Shown piece after piece: positions 1 through 9,801 of a stretch of 64,000 nucleotides of DNA. Both the position numbers and the translations under genes were made by a program. Numbering within the stretch: the first letter of the stretch is position 1; the number at the start of each line of letters is the position of its first letter. The stretch covers positions 544,001 to 608,000 of the forward strand of contig CBDASK010000003.1 of assembly GCA_965199495.1 (NCBI GenBank). Reading direction: 5' to 3'. Under the pieces are notes generated by a model that was given only the letters and a program-made list of their open reading frames with translations, had not been told where the DNA came from and made no database searches. The stretch is from Abditibacterium sp. GTDB taxonomy: Bacteria; Armatimonadota; Abditibacteriia; Abditibacteriales; Abditibacteriaceae.

Positions 1-1393
1 GCTGCTCCAGGCTAAACCGGCGCTCAGGCGCAGACAGTGATTGTATTTGTCGCGCGCGGAAAACAAGCGTCCCGGCGCGATAGAAATCCCGTGTTCCAGC
101 GCTTTGAAAAACAACGCCAGCGTGTCGATTTGCGGCGGCAGTTCGGCCCACAGCAAAAAGCCGCCGCCGGGCCGCGTCAAGCGCGTGCCGTCGGGAAAAG
201 AGTGCGCAACGATTTCGGTTAACGCGCCCAGTTGAGAGGCGTAGCGCTTGCGAGTGCGGCGCAGATAGTGATCGTAGCCGCCCGCGTGCAGAAACTCAGC
301 GACCGCCAACAGGCGGCAGGCTCGCCGTCGCCATGCTGCTGGTCATCTTGAGCCATTCGACTTCTTTCCAAAATCGTCCCGGCGCGACCCAACCCACGCG
401 CAGTCCCGGCCCCAACGTTTTGGAAAAGGTGGAGCAAAGCAGCACATTGCCCGCGTCATCGAACGATTTGGCCACCCGCGCCCGCGCCGGAGCGAAGCTC
501 AAATCGCCGTAAGTGTCGTCTTCGATCAAGGGAATCTGACGCGCGGCGAGCATTTCCACCAAAAGCTGTTTGCGCGCATCCGGGATCGTTGAGCCGAGCG
601 GATTGCTCAGGTTCGGCATCAGCAAACAGGCGGCGATGGACTGATGATCGAGCGCGTGTTCCAACGCTTCGAGCGACACGCCTTCGCGCGGATGGGTCGG
701 CAGTTCCAAAGCGCGTAGTCCCAAAGATTCCAGCACTTGCAGCGAACCAAAATACGTCGGCGATTCCAATGCGACCGTATCGCCCGCTTTGGTAACGGCG
801 CGCAGGCACAGGCTGATCGCTTCAGTCGCGCCGCTTGTCACCAGCACATCGTCGGGCGACAGGGCGCAGCCCGATTCGACGCTGCGCCGCGCGATTTCCA
901 TGCGCAACGCTTCGCAGCCGGGCGGCATATCGTAACCGGCGCTGTGTCCGGGATGGTTACGGTGCGCCGTGGTTAATGCTCGCTCGATGGCGCGGGTGGG
1001 CAGCAGGTCGCGCCCCGGCACAGCCACGCTGAGGTTGAGCAATTTCGGGTCGTTGGTGGCGCGCAGCACTTTTCCAACCAGCTCGCTCATGCTGATGTCG
1101 GTCGCGTCTGCGGGTGCTTGCACTGGCGGCACGGCGGGTTCAGGCAAAGCCGCCGCACGGTGGCGCACGAAATAGCCCGATTGTGGGCGCGCTTCGACCC
1201 AACCGCCGTCTTCGAGCGTGCGGTAGGCTTGCAAAACGGTCGAAATGCTCACGCCCTTTTGCGCCGCCATGTGCCGCACCGACGGCACCTTTTGGCCGAC
1301 GCCCAGCGCACCGCACTCGATGGCATCGGTGAGACCGCGCGCGATTTCCTGATACAGATGTTCGTCGGTCTCCTCGAAAACGGGGGCTTGCAT
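1..1393 (-). pseudogene. MocR/GntR-family PLP-dependent transcriptional regulator, frameshifted near 310 and running off the window edge
   Basis: N-terminal HTH (LYQEIARGL..VPSVRHMA..STVLQAY..RPQSGYFV) and aminotransferase motifs (IEDDTYGDL, STFSKTLGPGLRVGW). The ORF stops at 296, but the expected C-terminus (LAVAEFLHAGGYDHYLRR..GGFLLWAELP..GISIAPGRLFS) continues in another frame after one extra base. May be a sequencing error. Confidence 0.85.
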
Positions 1394-1439
1394 TTTTAAA
1401 CTCCTCACATCAAGGTTACTGCTCCTCGAAACGCAAGTT

Positions 1440-1603
1440 AAGACACAGAACTGCGAGCAAAACACCAGAACAGCGCGCTAAATTCCCAACTGTTACGGTT
1501 ACAAAATAGGTGATTTATCTCTGTTATGGCTCGCGCAAATGTCGCTAACTTGGGGGACATGAGTTCCTCAATGCTGCTGCCAATGCCCGCCGATGTTCGC
1601 GCG
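1440..1603 (+). repeat. Copy 1 of a ~165-bp direct repeat: MocR/DUF2917 intergenic region plus the first codons of the DUF2917-like gene
   Basis: Aligns by eye with 2376-2542. Contains CTGTTAYGG boxes and a truncated ORF at 1559-1642 (MSSSMLLPMPADV..). Confidence 0.85.
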
Positions 1604-1634
1604 CTGCGAACCGGAGGAGCGGCGCGTGCAAAAC

Positions 1635-2339
1635 TTACTTGATGCCGCCGAAAGCTGCAAAACAATTGTTCTTGTGAAGCACTTCCACTTGTTTGAAACC
1701 AACTTCGCGCAGCAAGTCAATTTGATACATCAATGATCGAGGCGTATCTTCTTCCTGGATATACGAAAAAACGTGGTCGCGGTATTTTTCGTCCTTGAGT
1801 TGGGTTAGATATTGCCCGAATCGCTGCCACATCATGTCCTGAACTTGTGGTAGGGAGTGGGTAATGAAATCCACAATCCAGAGCGAGCCGCCGGGCTTGA
1901 GCCATTGATAGAAATTGCCGAAGACTTGCTGCCATTCTGCATCTTCTCGCAGATGGTGCAGAGTGGCTCCAGCCAAAATAACGTCAAATTGAGAGGGAGC
2001 AAGTTTCAGTTCCCGCATATCGGACTGAATGGAAACAACGCGCCCCGTAGTTGCCGCTGTGACACGCTCGACGGCACGCTCCAGCATCGGTTGGCTCAAA
2101 TCCACCAGCGTCGCATTAAGGTCGGGTAAAGATTGGAGCAACTTGAGGGTATAATTGCCTGCGCCACAGCCTATATCTAAAACATGAGATGCGGCTGGGT
2201 TGGTGGCCGTGGCTGCTTGAACGACTAACTCCAGCGAAAGCGGCGCGTCCATCGTCGCAGATTGCCCAGTCTCAAGATTAGAAAACCGCTCGACATCATT
2301 ATCGAAACGTTGACGGATTTGTTCGACGGTAGATTTCAT
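1635..2339 (-). CDS. Class I SAM-dependent methyltransferase (CmoA-like family)
   Basis: VLDIGCGAGN motif I, VDLSQPML, FDVILAGATLHHL, LKPGG. Confidence 0.9.
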   Translation of the reverse strand: MKSTVEQIRQRFDNDVERFSNLETGQSATMDAPLSLELVVQAATATNPAASHVLDIGCGAGNYTLKLLQSLPDLNATLVDLSQPMLERAVERVTAATTGRVVSIQSDMRELKLAPSQFDVILAGATLHHLREDAEWQQVFGNFYQWLKPGGSLWIVDFITHSLPQVQDMMWQRFGQYLTQLKDEKYRDHVFSYIQEEDTPRSLMYQIDLLREVGFKQVEVLHKNNCFAAFGGIK

Positions 2340-2375
2340 GGGTGTTGAGTGTAATCTGCTCTCAAACTCCAGGAT

Positions 2376-2542
2376 AAGATACAGAACTGCGATTAAACGA
2401 CCGGAACAGCACGCGAAATTTCTTACTGTTGCGGTTACAAAACAAGCGAATTGTCTCTGTTATGCTTCGCGCATCTGTCGCTAACTTGGGTTGTGCCATG
2501 AATTCCCCGATGTTGCTCCCGATGCCCGCCGATGTTTGCGCG
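2376..2542 (+). repeat. Copy 2 of the ~165-bp direct repeat, leading into the intact DUF2917-like gene
   Basis: Aligns with 1440-1603; its ORF starts MNSPMLLPMPADV. Confidence 0.85.
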
Positions 2543-2782
2543 TCCGAGCGTTGCGAAATCACGCTCGAAGCGGGCCAAATTTGGAGCGCAGTTTTGCCTC
2601 AGCGCGCTCTCGTTCATTGCGTGCGCGGCGTCATTTGGCTAACGCAAAGCGACGATGCAACGGATTTCGTTTTGTTGGCGGGCCAAAGTTTCGTCGCGCC
2701 TCAAGAGAGCAGCCACGTCGTCGTGCAAGCGATCAATTCGGCGGACGCGAGCTTGGTGGTGGAAGGAATGGAAACTCACTAA
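2498..2782 (+). CDS. DUF2917-like small protein
   Basis: VHCVRGVIWLTQSDDATDFVLLAGQSF pattern; divergent from a MocR regulator, a usual context for this family. Confidence 0.75.
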   Translation: MNSPMLLPMPADVCASERCEITLEAGQIWSAVLPQRALVHCVRGVIWLTQSDDATDFVLLAGQSFVAPQESSHVVVQAINSADASLVVEGMETH

Positions 2783-2797
2783 AGACGGAAAACAAAA

Positions 2798-3274
2798 ATG
2801 CTTAACAAAGAAACTTTACTCACGCTATTCGAGAGCAATCTCAAAAATCTGGTCTTCAATTTCGGTCTGTTGCCCGCCGACAAACTCAGTTGGAAACCCG
2901 CGCCTGAAGCGAAATCGGCGCTGGAAATCGCCAATCATCTGGCGGAGTTTGCCAACGGAGTCTGCGGCAGTTTGAGCGGAGAAAAGCCGCCGTTCCAGCC
3001 CGCGACAAACGGCGACGAAGCAACTCAGAATTTAACCGCCATCGGCGCGCGCTTCACGGGCGCGTTGCGCGCGGCTTCGGGCGCAACGTTGGAAGAGATT
3101 TTCTCGCCCGAATTCGGAGTTTCCAATGAGTTCGTTGCGACAGGTGTTGTCGTTGACGTGATTCATCACGGCGGGCAGATTGCGTATTTGCAAACGTTGC
3201 TGGGCGACGAGCAAGTCCACTTCGATCCAGCAGCAATGGCGACAGTGGCGCAGCAATGGAAAATAGAACCATGA
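2798..3274 (+). CDS. DinB-family protein
   Basis: LSWKPAPEAKSALEIANHL and IHHGGQIAYLQ His motifs. Confidence 0.8.
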   Translation: MLNKETLLTLFESNLKNLVFNFGLLPADKLSWKPAPEAKSALEIANHLAEFANGVCGSLSGEKPPFQPATNGDEATQNLTAIGARFTGALRAASGATLEEIFSPEFGVSNEFVATGVVVDVIHHGGQIAYLQTLLGDEQVHFDPAAMATVAQQWKIEP

Positions 3275-3648
3275 TGACACAAGATGACGCGCAAAAGTGG
3301 GCGCAGGAGTGGGTGGGGGCGTGGAATGCGCATGACGTTGATCGCGTTTTGGCGCATTACGCCGAAGATTTCGAGATGGGCAGTCCGTATATCGTGACGA
3401 TTGCGGGCGAGCCATCGGGCGTTTTGCGTGGCAAAGGCGCCGTGGCTGCTTACTGGCGCGCGGCGTTGGAGCGCAGGCCGGACTTGCACTTCGAGTTGCT
3501 GCGCGTCTTGCGCGGCGTGGATAGCCTCGCGCTGTTTTATCAGAGCGCGCCCGGTGTTGTGGGAACCGAAGTTTTCTTTTTCGATGCGAGCGGCGCGATT
3601 TGTAAAGCCTACGCGCACTACGCGGCGACATCTGCCACGACGCGATGA
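3271..3648 (+). CDS. SnoaL-like / NTF2-family protein
   Basis: WVGAWNAHDVDRVLAHYAEDF..GKGAVAAYW..PDLHFEL; ATGA overlap with the DinB gene. Confidence 0.85.
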   Translation: MMTQDDAQKWAQEWVGAWNAHDVDRVLAHYAEDFEMGSPYIVTIAGEPSGVLRGKGAVAAYWRAALERRPDLHFELLRVLRGVDSLALFYQSAPGVVGTEVFFFDASGAICKAYAHYAATSATTR

Positions 3649-3741
3649 ATCTGGAACAATCGCTGCTTTTTTGCGACGACCATTGTGCCGGTGCGCGCCA
3701 GTTGGCTGCATGCTGTAATATTTTCAATCAAGGAATGACTA

Positions 3742-4530
3742 ATGCAGAACAAACCGAAGTTTGGGTTCGTTGTTGAACACGAAGTTACAGCGAACCGAGT
3801 TACCTACGATGCAGACGGCCTGCGCATGGTCGGCCACCTGGCGCGGCCACACGGCGATGGCCCTTGGCCAGCAGTGCTTATCGGACACGACGGCGTTGGT
3901 CTTGACGATTACCAACGGGGCCGCGCTGATGATCTCGCCGCGCACGGCTATGTCGCGCTCGCAATGGACTATCATGGTGGACAGTCCTTCTTCGGCAGGC
4001 CCGAAGCGATGTTGGCTCGGACGCTACCCTTGATGGCCGACACTGAACGGATGCGGGCTATCGGTCACACAGCGCTCGACATTCTACTCGCGACACCTGG
4101 TGTTGACTCGAACCGGCTTTCGGCTCTCGGCTATGGCGCTGGCGGCCTTATCGTCCTTGAGCTGGCGAAGACAGGCGTGCCCTTCAGAGCCGTTGCGGTT
4201 GTTCATCCCGGCCTGCCGGAGCCCAATGCTCAGGACTGGAGCGATGTAAACAGCACTTTCCTGCTATGCACTGGCTCAGAAGACCCCCTTTGCACTCCAG
4301 ACCAACTGCTTACATTTGCTCAAGCGCTACAGGAGGCCGGGATTGATTGGCGCGTAAATATCTATGGTGGAGCCAAGCACGCCTTCTGGGCTCGCCCAAC
4401 TAATCCCGACGGATCACCGACCGAAGGTTTTACTCACGCTCAGGAGACGGTGCCCGGCGTTGGCTATCACCCGAAACACACAGGGCGCGCATGGCAAGCC
4501 ATACTCGATCTGTTTGGCGAAACACCGTAA
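3742..4530 (+). CDS. Dienelactone hydrolase family protein
   Basis: GPWPAVLIGHD, ADDLAAHGYVALAMD, GSEDP, YGGAKHAF. The nucleophile elbow reads GYGAGG, without the usual Cys. Confidence 0.85.
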   Translation: MQNKPKFGFVVEHEVTANRVTYDADGLRMVGHLARPHGDGPWPAVLIGHDGVGLDDYQRGRADDLAAHGYVALAMDYHGGQSFFGRPEAMLARTLPLMADTERMRAIGHTALDILLATPGVDSNRLSALGYGAGGLIVLELAKTGVPFRAVAVVHPGLPEPNAQDWSDVNSTFLLCTGSEDPLCTPDQLLTFAQALQEAGIDWRVNIYGGAKHAFWARPTNPDGSPTEGFTHAQETVPGVGYHPKHTGRAWQAILDLFGETP

Positions 4531-4568
4531 ATGGACGAGCAAAAAGCGCTTGAGATAGGGCAAACGAA

Positions 4569-4931
4569 ATGATAATTCAATCAGTAGCGATGCAGTTCGC
4601 GCGCGAGTGAATCGAGGCGTGGAACGCCCGCGATCTGGAGCGGGTTCTGTCGCACTACACCGAAGATTTTAGGATGAGCAGTCCGCTCATCGTGACGCTG
4701 TTCGGCGAACCATCCGGCACGCTCAAAGGCCGCGAGCAGATCGGCGCCTACTGGAAAATAGCGTTAGAACGTCTGCCCGACCTGCGCTTTGAACTGCTGG
4801 AAGTCTTTGCGGGCGTGGATAGCCTCGTCATCATCTTCCAGGCCATGTCGGGTAAACGGAGCGTCGAAGTGCTTTTCTTCAACGAAAGCGGCCAGGTTTA
4901 TCAAGCGATGGCGCATCACGAACAATCCTGA
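4569..4931 (+). pseudogene. Second SnoaL-like gene with an in-frame TGA at 4608-4610
   Basis: Reads FARE*IEAWNARDLERVLSHYTEDF, in frame with ORF 4674-4931. The paralogue at 3271 has Trp at this position. Confidence 0.8.
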
Positions 4932-5029
4932 CAGCGCCGTCAAAGGCGCCTCATCGCTCACGCAGGCACGTTGCGGTTTTTGCCTTGACTTGTCCTAACC
5001 GCGCCCGAAAAAATTCCCTGTTCTGACTC

Positions 5030-5091
5030 TTGACGCCCCAAAAACAAAGGATTATAATTAACCTTGTAGTTAATTAACAAGGAGGTTAATT
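5030..5091 (+). promoter_or_regulatory. Sigma70-type promoter with a double palindromic operator for the ArsR gene
   Basis: TTGACG (5030), 17-bp spacer, TATAAT (5053). Two overlapping AATTAAC-N6-GTTAATT palindromes (5056-5075, 5072-5091), the second enclosing the AAGGAGG RBS. Confidence 0.85.
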
Positions 5092-5448
5092 ATGTCGCCA
5101 GAGCGTTTAGATGCGGTGTTTGGGGCGTTGTCGGATGCGACGCGCCGCGCGATTCTGGAACGCCTTGCGTCTGGCGAGGCTTCGGTGAAAGAGCTATCGG
5201 AGCCGTTTGCGATGAGCGCACCGGCCATCACCAAACATTTGAAGGTGTTGGAGAGCGCGGGTTTGATTGTGCGCAGTCGAGACGGGCAGTGGCGGCCCTG
5301 CCGTCTGAATGCCGAGCCGCTGCGCGAAGCCTGCGCGTGGGTGGAGCAATACCGCCGCTTCTGGGACGAAAGCTTCGACCGTTTGGAGGCTTATCTCAAG
5401 GAGTTACAAAACGAAGACAAGGAGAAAACAGATGACAACAACCAGTGA
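5092..5448 (+). CDS. ArsR/SmtB-family transcriptional regulator
   Basis: VFGALSDATRRAIL..ITKHLKVLESAGLI..GQWRPCRL. Confidence 0.92.
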   Translation: MSPERLDAVFGALSDATRRAILERLASGEASVKELSEPFAMSAPAITKHLKVLESAGLIVRSRDGQWRPCRLNAEPLREACAWVEQYRRFWDESFDRLEAYLKELQNEDKEKTDDNNQ

Positions 5449-5923
5449 AAATGCCGTCCAGACAGCGGCTCCTGAACTCGTGATCACGCGCGTTTTCGAG
5501 GCGCCGCGCGCATTGGTCTGGCGGGCGTGGACGGAAGACGAGCATATGAGCCACTGGGGCGCGCCGCACGGCTTTATCGTCACGCACTGCGAAGGCGTGT
5601 TGAGGGTGGGCGGAACTTGGCGCTCGTGCATGAAGTCGCCCGATGGACAAGAGTTATGGCTGGGCGGCGAATACCGCGAAGTCGTTCCCATCGAGAAGTT
5701 GGTTTTTACTCATATTTGGGACGACGAAAACGGGCAACCCGGCCCCGAAACGGTTGTTACCATTACGCTGGCCGATGAAGGACGCAGCACAAAAATGGTG
5801 TTTCGTCAAACCGGCTTTACCTCGGCCTCGTCGCGGGATGGACACGAAGGCGGCTGGAACGAGAGCTTCGACCGCCTGCGGGAGTATTTGCCGGGAATGC
5901 ACACAGAGGGACGCGATAAATAG
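5432..5923 (+). CDS. SRPBCC (AHSA1/START-like) domain protein
   Basis: ELVITRVFEAPRALVWRAWT..GEYREVVPIEKLVFT..GWNESFDRL; AAGGAG RBS before the ATG at 5432. Confidence 0.88.
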   Translation: MTTTSENAVQTAAPELVITRVFEAPRALVWRAWTEDEHMSHWGAPHGFIVTHCEGVLRVGGTWRSCMKSPDGQELWLGGEYREVVPIEKLVFTHIWDDENGQPGPETVVTITLADEGRSTKMVFRQTGFTSASSRDGHEGGWNESFDRLREYLPGMHTEGRDK

Positions 5924-5974
5924 CAGCGCTCAAAGTGCGGTGGAGCGCCTTAAAAACGCGTTGACGGCTTCGCA

Positions 5975-6422
5975 AGCGAACGCGAGATCGTGGTCACGCG
6001 CATTTTTGGGGCACCGCGCGCACTGGTCTGGCGAGCATGGACGAATCCGCAGCACGTCGCCCAATGATGGGGGCCGCACGGTTTCACCACTACGGTTCAC
6101 GAAATGGTGGTGAAGCCGGGCGGCGTCTGGCGCTACACCATGCGCAGCCCGGACGGCACCGATTATCAGCCCCGTCGAGTTCATCGAAATCGTTGAACCG
6201 GAGCGATTGGTGTATTGGCATAGCGACGATTCCAGCGCCCACCAACCGTTTCACGTCACGGTGAGCTTTAACGAACAGAATGAACAAACGAATCTGGTCA
6301 TGCGGTTGTTGTTCCACACCGAAGCCGAACGCGTTCAAATGGTCGATGAGTTCAACGCGATTGAAGGTCTTAACTCGACTCTGGATTGTCTCGCCGAACA
6401 CTTGAAAACGAGGGCCTCATGA
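5975..6422 (+). pseudogene. SRPBCC domain pseudogene
   Basis: EREIVVTRIFGAPRALVWRAWTNPQHVAQ*WGPHGF (TGA at 6065), a frameshift near 6170, then VEFIEIVEPERLVY..GLNSTLDCL. Start position approximate. Confidence 0.8.
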
Positions 6423-6463
6423 GCGATCATGTGCGGCCAAACCAAAATTTAAAAGGAAACACA

Positions 6464-6937
6464 ATGTCAAAAATCACGCCATTTTTATGGTTCGACAATC
6501 AGGCGGAAGAAGCAATGAATTTCTATTGCTCGATCTTCCCCAACTCCAAAGCCGACCCGGTTTCGCGCACAGGCGAAGGCGCGCCGCTTCCTGCGGGCGC
6601 CATCGTGTCGGTCAATTTTGAACTCGATGGGCAGCCGTTCATCGCGTTCAACGGTGGCCCGATGCACACGTTCACGCCCGCGATTTCCCTCTTCGTTTCG
6701 TGCCAGACGCAGGACGAAGTGGACGACTTATGGAACAAGCTATCGCAGGGCGGCGAAGCCGGGCCATGCGGTTGGCTGCGCGACAGGTTCGGCGTATCGT
6801 GGCAAATCATTCCCACCGCACTGGGCGAACTGTTGGGCGATCCCGACAAAAAGAAATCGAGCAACGTTTTGAGCGCGATGTTGCAAATGCAGAAAATCGA
6901 CATCGCCGGGTTGCAGGAAGCGCATAACCGCGAATAG
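6464..6937 (+). CDS. VOC-family PhnB / 3-demethylubiquinone methyltransferase-like protein
   Basis: KITPFLWFDNQAEEAMNFY..CGWLRDRFGVSWQI. Confidence 0.9.
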   Translation: MSKITPFLWFDNQAEEAMNFYCSIFPNSKADPVSRTGEGAPLPAGAIVSVNFELDGQPFIAFNGGPMHTFTPAISLFVSCQTQDEVDDLWNKLSQGGEAGPCGWLRDRFGVSWQIIPTALGELLGDPDKKKSSNVLSAMLQMQKIDIAGLQEAHNRE

Positions 6938-7028
6938 CGGTCGCCATTCAACAATTAAGTTTCAGTCTCTTTGCCTTGTAAAAAGCGGCTGACACCCAAA
7001 TTTACGCACATTCAAACGACATTCAACC

Positions 7029-7919
7029 ATGCAAATACAACCTTACCTCCAATTCAATGGCCGTTGCGAAGAAGCGGTCAACTTTTACCAGAGTGCGCTT
7101 GGCGCGCAAGTTCTCACGCTGTTGCATTTCAAAGATATGCCCGACAACAGCGAAATCACCATGCCCGGCGACCAGGTAATGCACGTCGGCCTTCGTATCG
7201 GCGATAGCACGCTGATGGCGACGGATGGCGGCTTCCAACCCGGCGAGGGCTTCAAAGGCTTCTCGCTCACGCTCGACGTGGCTGATGCAACCGAAGCACA
7301 CCAAAAGTTCGCGGCGCTTGCGGATGGCGGGCAAGTGCAAATGCCGTTGTCCGCTCATTTCTTCTCGTCCTGCTTTGGCGTTGTCACCGACCGCTTCGGC
7401 ATCGCGTGGAACATCAATGTGCCGCTGGAAAACCATCTATTCCTCACGCGCGTTTTCGATGCACCGCGCGAGCTGGTGTGGAAAGCGTGGAGCGACGCGA
7501 AAGCTCTGGCGCAATGGTGGGGGCCAAAAGACTTCTCCACGCGCGTCGAAACACTCGATTTTCGTCCGGGCGGTATTTTTCACTACGCGATGCAAACGCC
7601 CGACGGCGGGCAGATGTGGGGCAAGTTCGTTTACCGCGAGATCGAGCCGCCGGAGCGATTGGTCTTCATGTTGTCGTTCGCCGATGCAGCAGGCAACACC
7701 GTTCGCGCGCCGTTCAGCGACACCCATCCGCTGGAAATTCTCAGCGACGTGACGTTCACCGAACAAGACGGCAAAACCACGATCACGATGCGAAGCGGCC
7801 CCTTCAACGCGACTCAGCAAGAACGCGAAAGCTACGCCGCCATTCTGACCGATATGCGGGAAGGCACCCATGCCACGCTGGACAATCTGGCCGCCTACCT
7901 GGCGAAGGCACGGGCCTAA
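7029..7919 (+). CDS. PhnB-like VOC domain fused to an SRPBCC domain
   Basis: IQPYLQFNGRCEEAVNFY..DRFGIAWNI followed in frame by LTRVFDAPRELVWKAW..QWWGP. Confidence 0.88.
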   Translation: MQIQPYLQFNGRCEEAVNFYQSALGAQVLTLLHFKDMPDNSEITMPGDQVMHVGLRIGDSTLMATDGGFQPGEGFKGFSLTLDVADATEAHQKFAALADGGQVQMPLSAHFFSSCFGVVTDRFGIAWNINVPLENHLFLTRVFDAPRELVWKAWSDAKALAQWWGPKDFSTRVETLDFRPGGIFHYAMQTPDGGQMWGKFVYREIEPPERLVFMLSFADAAGNTVRAPFSDTHPLEILSDVTFTEQDGKTTITMRSGPFNATQQERESYAAILTDMREGTHATLDNLAAYLAKARA

Positions 7920-7983
7920 ACCGACGATTCGATCCGGCGGCGGACAGCAGCCACGCCGCCGGACGATGGGAGAATCACAGAAT

Positions 7984-8403
7984 ATGACGACCGAACCCAC
8001 CTTGCCGATGAGCGCCCGCCGAGGACGACAAAAGAACCGCGTTACCAGCGCACTGCCCGGCGTCGCGCGCGTGTTGCTGGGATTGTTCCTGCTGGCCAGT
8101 GGCATGGCGGGTCTGTTCCATCTGACGCCACCGCCGCCACCGAATATGCCCGAAGCCGCCGCCGCGTTCGACGCGGGACTGATGCAAGCGGGCTATATGA
8201 TGCCGCTCATCTTCGCAACCCAGGCCGTTGTCGGCGCGCTACTGCTGCTCAACCGTTTCGTGCCACTGGCTCTGGCGCTACTCGCGCCGTTTTTGGTCAA
8301 TGCGTTCGCCTTTCACCTTTTCCTGATGCCACAGGGCTTGTCGTCAAGCGTTTCTGCCGATGCTTTCGATGCGAGTGAACCCCAATGCGCAAAATTTAGA
8401 TGA
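7984..8403 (+). CDS. DoxX-family membrane protein, probably C-terminally truncated
   Basis: ARVLLGLF..GYMMPLI..GALLLLNRFVPLALALLAP..NAFAFHL. The hydrophobic pattern stops abruptly near 8340. Confidence 0.7.
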   Translation: MTTEPTLPMSARRGRQKNRVTSALPGVARVLLGLFLLASGMAGLFHLTPPPPPNMPEAAAAFDAGLMQAGYMMPLIFATQAVVGALLLLNRFVPLALALLAPFLVNAFAFHLFLMPQGLSSSVSADAFDASEPQCAKFR

Positions 8404-8475
8404 CGTAACTTTCCGTTCTAATTGATTTCGGGAGTTCAGTCGTAACATCTTTATATCATTTAGGAGATATGCCAA

Positions 8476-8898
8476 ATGAAACCAAGAATTTCTGTAATTA
8501 CACTCGGCGTTGAAGATTTGGAGCGTGCTGTTCAGTTCTACCGCGATGGTCTTGGTCTGCCAACCGACGGCATCGTTGGTCAAGAGTTTGAATATGGCGC
8601 CGTCGCGTTTTTTGATTTGCAGACTGGACTGAAACTCGCCGTTTGGCCGCGCAAAAGTATTTCTCACGACTCCGGCCTTCCGTGTGGCGCCCCAAATCCC
8701 ACAGAACTTACCCTTGGACACAATGTTTCGTCGTCTGCCGAAGTTGATGAGGTTATGCAGCAGGCCAAGGACGCGGGGGCAGTTATCGTGAAACCAGCGC
8801 ACGACACATTTTGGGGCGGTTACGCCGGTTATTTTCAAGACCTGGATGGCCATTTATGGGAAGTAGTCTGGAACCCACAGATGCTACCGATGGATTAA
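8476..8898 (+). CDS. VOC-family glyoxalase/bleomycin-resistance-like protein
   Basis: PRISVITLGVEDLERAVQFY..FWGGYAGYFQDLDGHLWEV. Confidence 0.92.
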   Translation: MKPRISVITLGVEDLERAVQFYRDGLGLPTDGIVGQEFEYGAVAFFDLQTGLKLAVWPRKSISHDSGLPCGAPNPTELTLGHNVSSSAEVDEVMQQAKDAGAVIVKPAHDTFWGGYAGYFQDLDGHLWEVVWNPQMLPMD

Positions 8899-9007
8899 GG
8901 CAGGGGCAGACGCATAGTAGTTGTCTCGTTTGCGCGCGGCGTTGCTGAAAGCCGTGACATTTGTAGTGGGAAGACGATTGTATAAAGGAGACAGAAGAAA
9001 ACAAAGA

Positions 9008-9565
9008 ATGACAAATAACCATCACACCAAAGTCATTCCCAACAGAACGGCGGAATCAGCCGCTATGGCGGCAAGCGTCACACGAGCTATGGCTATCACC
9101 GCTCATCTCAACCGTTTGACGTTCAGCGATGCGGATGAAATACGAGCCTTGTTCAGCGAACTCATCGGCACGCAAGTGGACGACAGCTTTTTGTTGATTC
9201 CACCGTTCTATACAACCGGCGGCGCTGATATCCGTGTAGGACGTAATGTTTTCGTCAATCAGAACTGCACTTTTTATGACCTTGGCGGACTCGATATTGC
9301 TGACAATGTGATGATCGGGCCAAATGTAAGCCTCATCACGTCTGGTCATCCCATTGAACCCTCTGAGCGCTTCGCTTCCGTAATCGCAAAGCCTATCGTG
9401 ATCGAAAGCAACGTATGGATTGCAGCCGGTGTAATTATCATCGGTGGCGTGACAGTGGGCGAAAACTCGGTGGTCGCGGCTGGCTCAGTTGTCACCAAGG
9501 ATGTGCCCGCAAACACGCTCGTCGGAGGAAATCCAGCGCGAGTCATTCGCTCGATTGGAGATTGA
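9008..9565 (+). CDS. Sugar O-acetyltransferase (maltose/galactoside acetyltransferase, hexapeptide repeat)
   Basis: PPFYT..VGRNVFVN..IGPNVSL..NVWIAAG..VTKDVPAN..GNPARVI. Confidence 0.9.
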   Translation: MTNNHHTKVIPNRTAESAAMAASVTRAMAITAHLNRLTFSDADEIRALFSELIGTQVDDSFLLIPPFYTTGGADIRVGRNVFVNQNCTFYDLGGLDIADNVMIGPNVSLITSGHPIEPSERFASVIAKPIVIESNVWIAAGVIIIGGVTVGENSVVAAGSVVTKDVPANTLVGGNPARVIRSIGD

Positions 9566-9583
9566 GGAAACGGAGCCGCTTAA

Positions 9584-9688
9584 GATACGATTCATCACGC
9601 GGGGCAAATCGCCTATATTCAAACTTTGCTTGGCGATAACGAAATCCACTTTGACGAATCGGCGCTCCCTGACTGGGCTGTGGGGTGA
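9584..9688 (+). pseudogene. C-terminal fragment of a DinB paralogue
   Basis: Translates to DTIHHAGQIAYIQTLLGDNEIHFD..*, matching DVIHHGGQIAYLQTLLGDEQVHFD in 2798-3274. Confidence 0.8.
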
Positions 9689-9801
9689 CTTTTTCGACGA
9701 TGCGTCGTGTTAGGATGCACAGACGAACCAACACACACGACAAGCTCACGCGCTACGTGCAGAGTTGTTGACGGCACAGATGTGAAACACGTAAAACAAA
9801 T

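Noticed and set aside
3742..3780. N-terminal MQNKPKFGFVVEH of the hydrolase looks borrowed from a VOC-family gene
   Set aside because: Only 13 residues and based on recollection; cannot be supported without a search.
4608..6067. TGA at conserved Trp positions in two genes, suggesting TGA=Trp recoding
   Set aside because: Many intact genes here end in TGA and use TGG for Trp, and the SRPBCC copy also has a frameshift. Ordinary nonsense mutations explain it.
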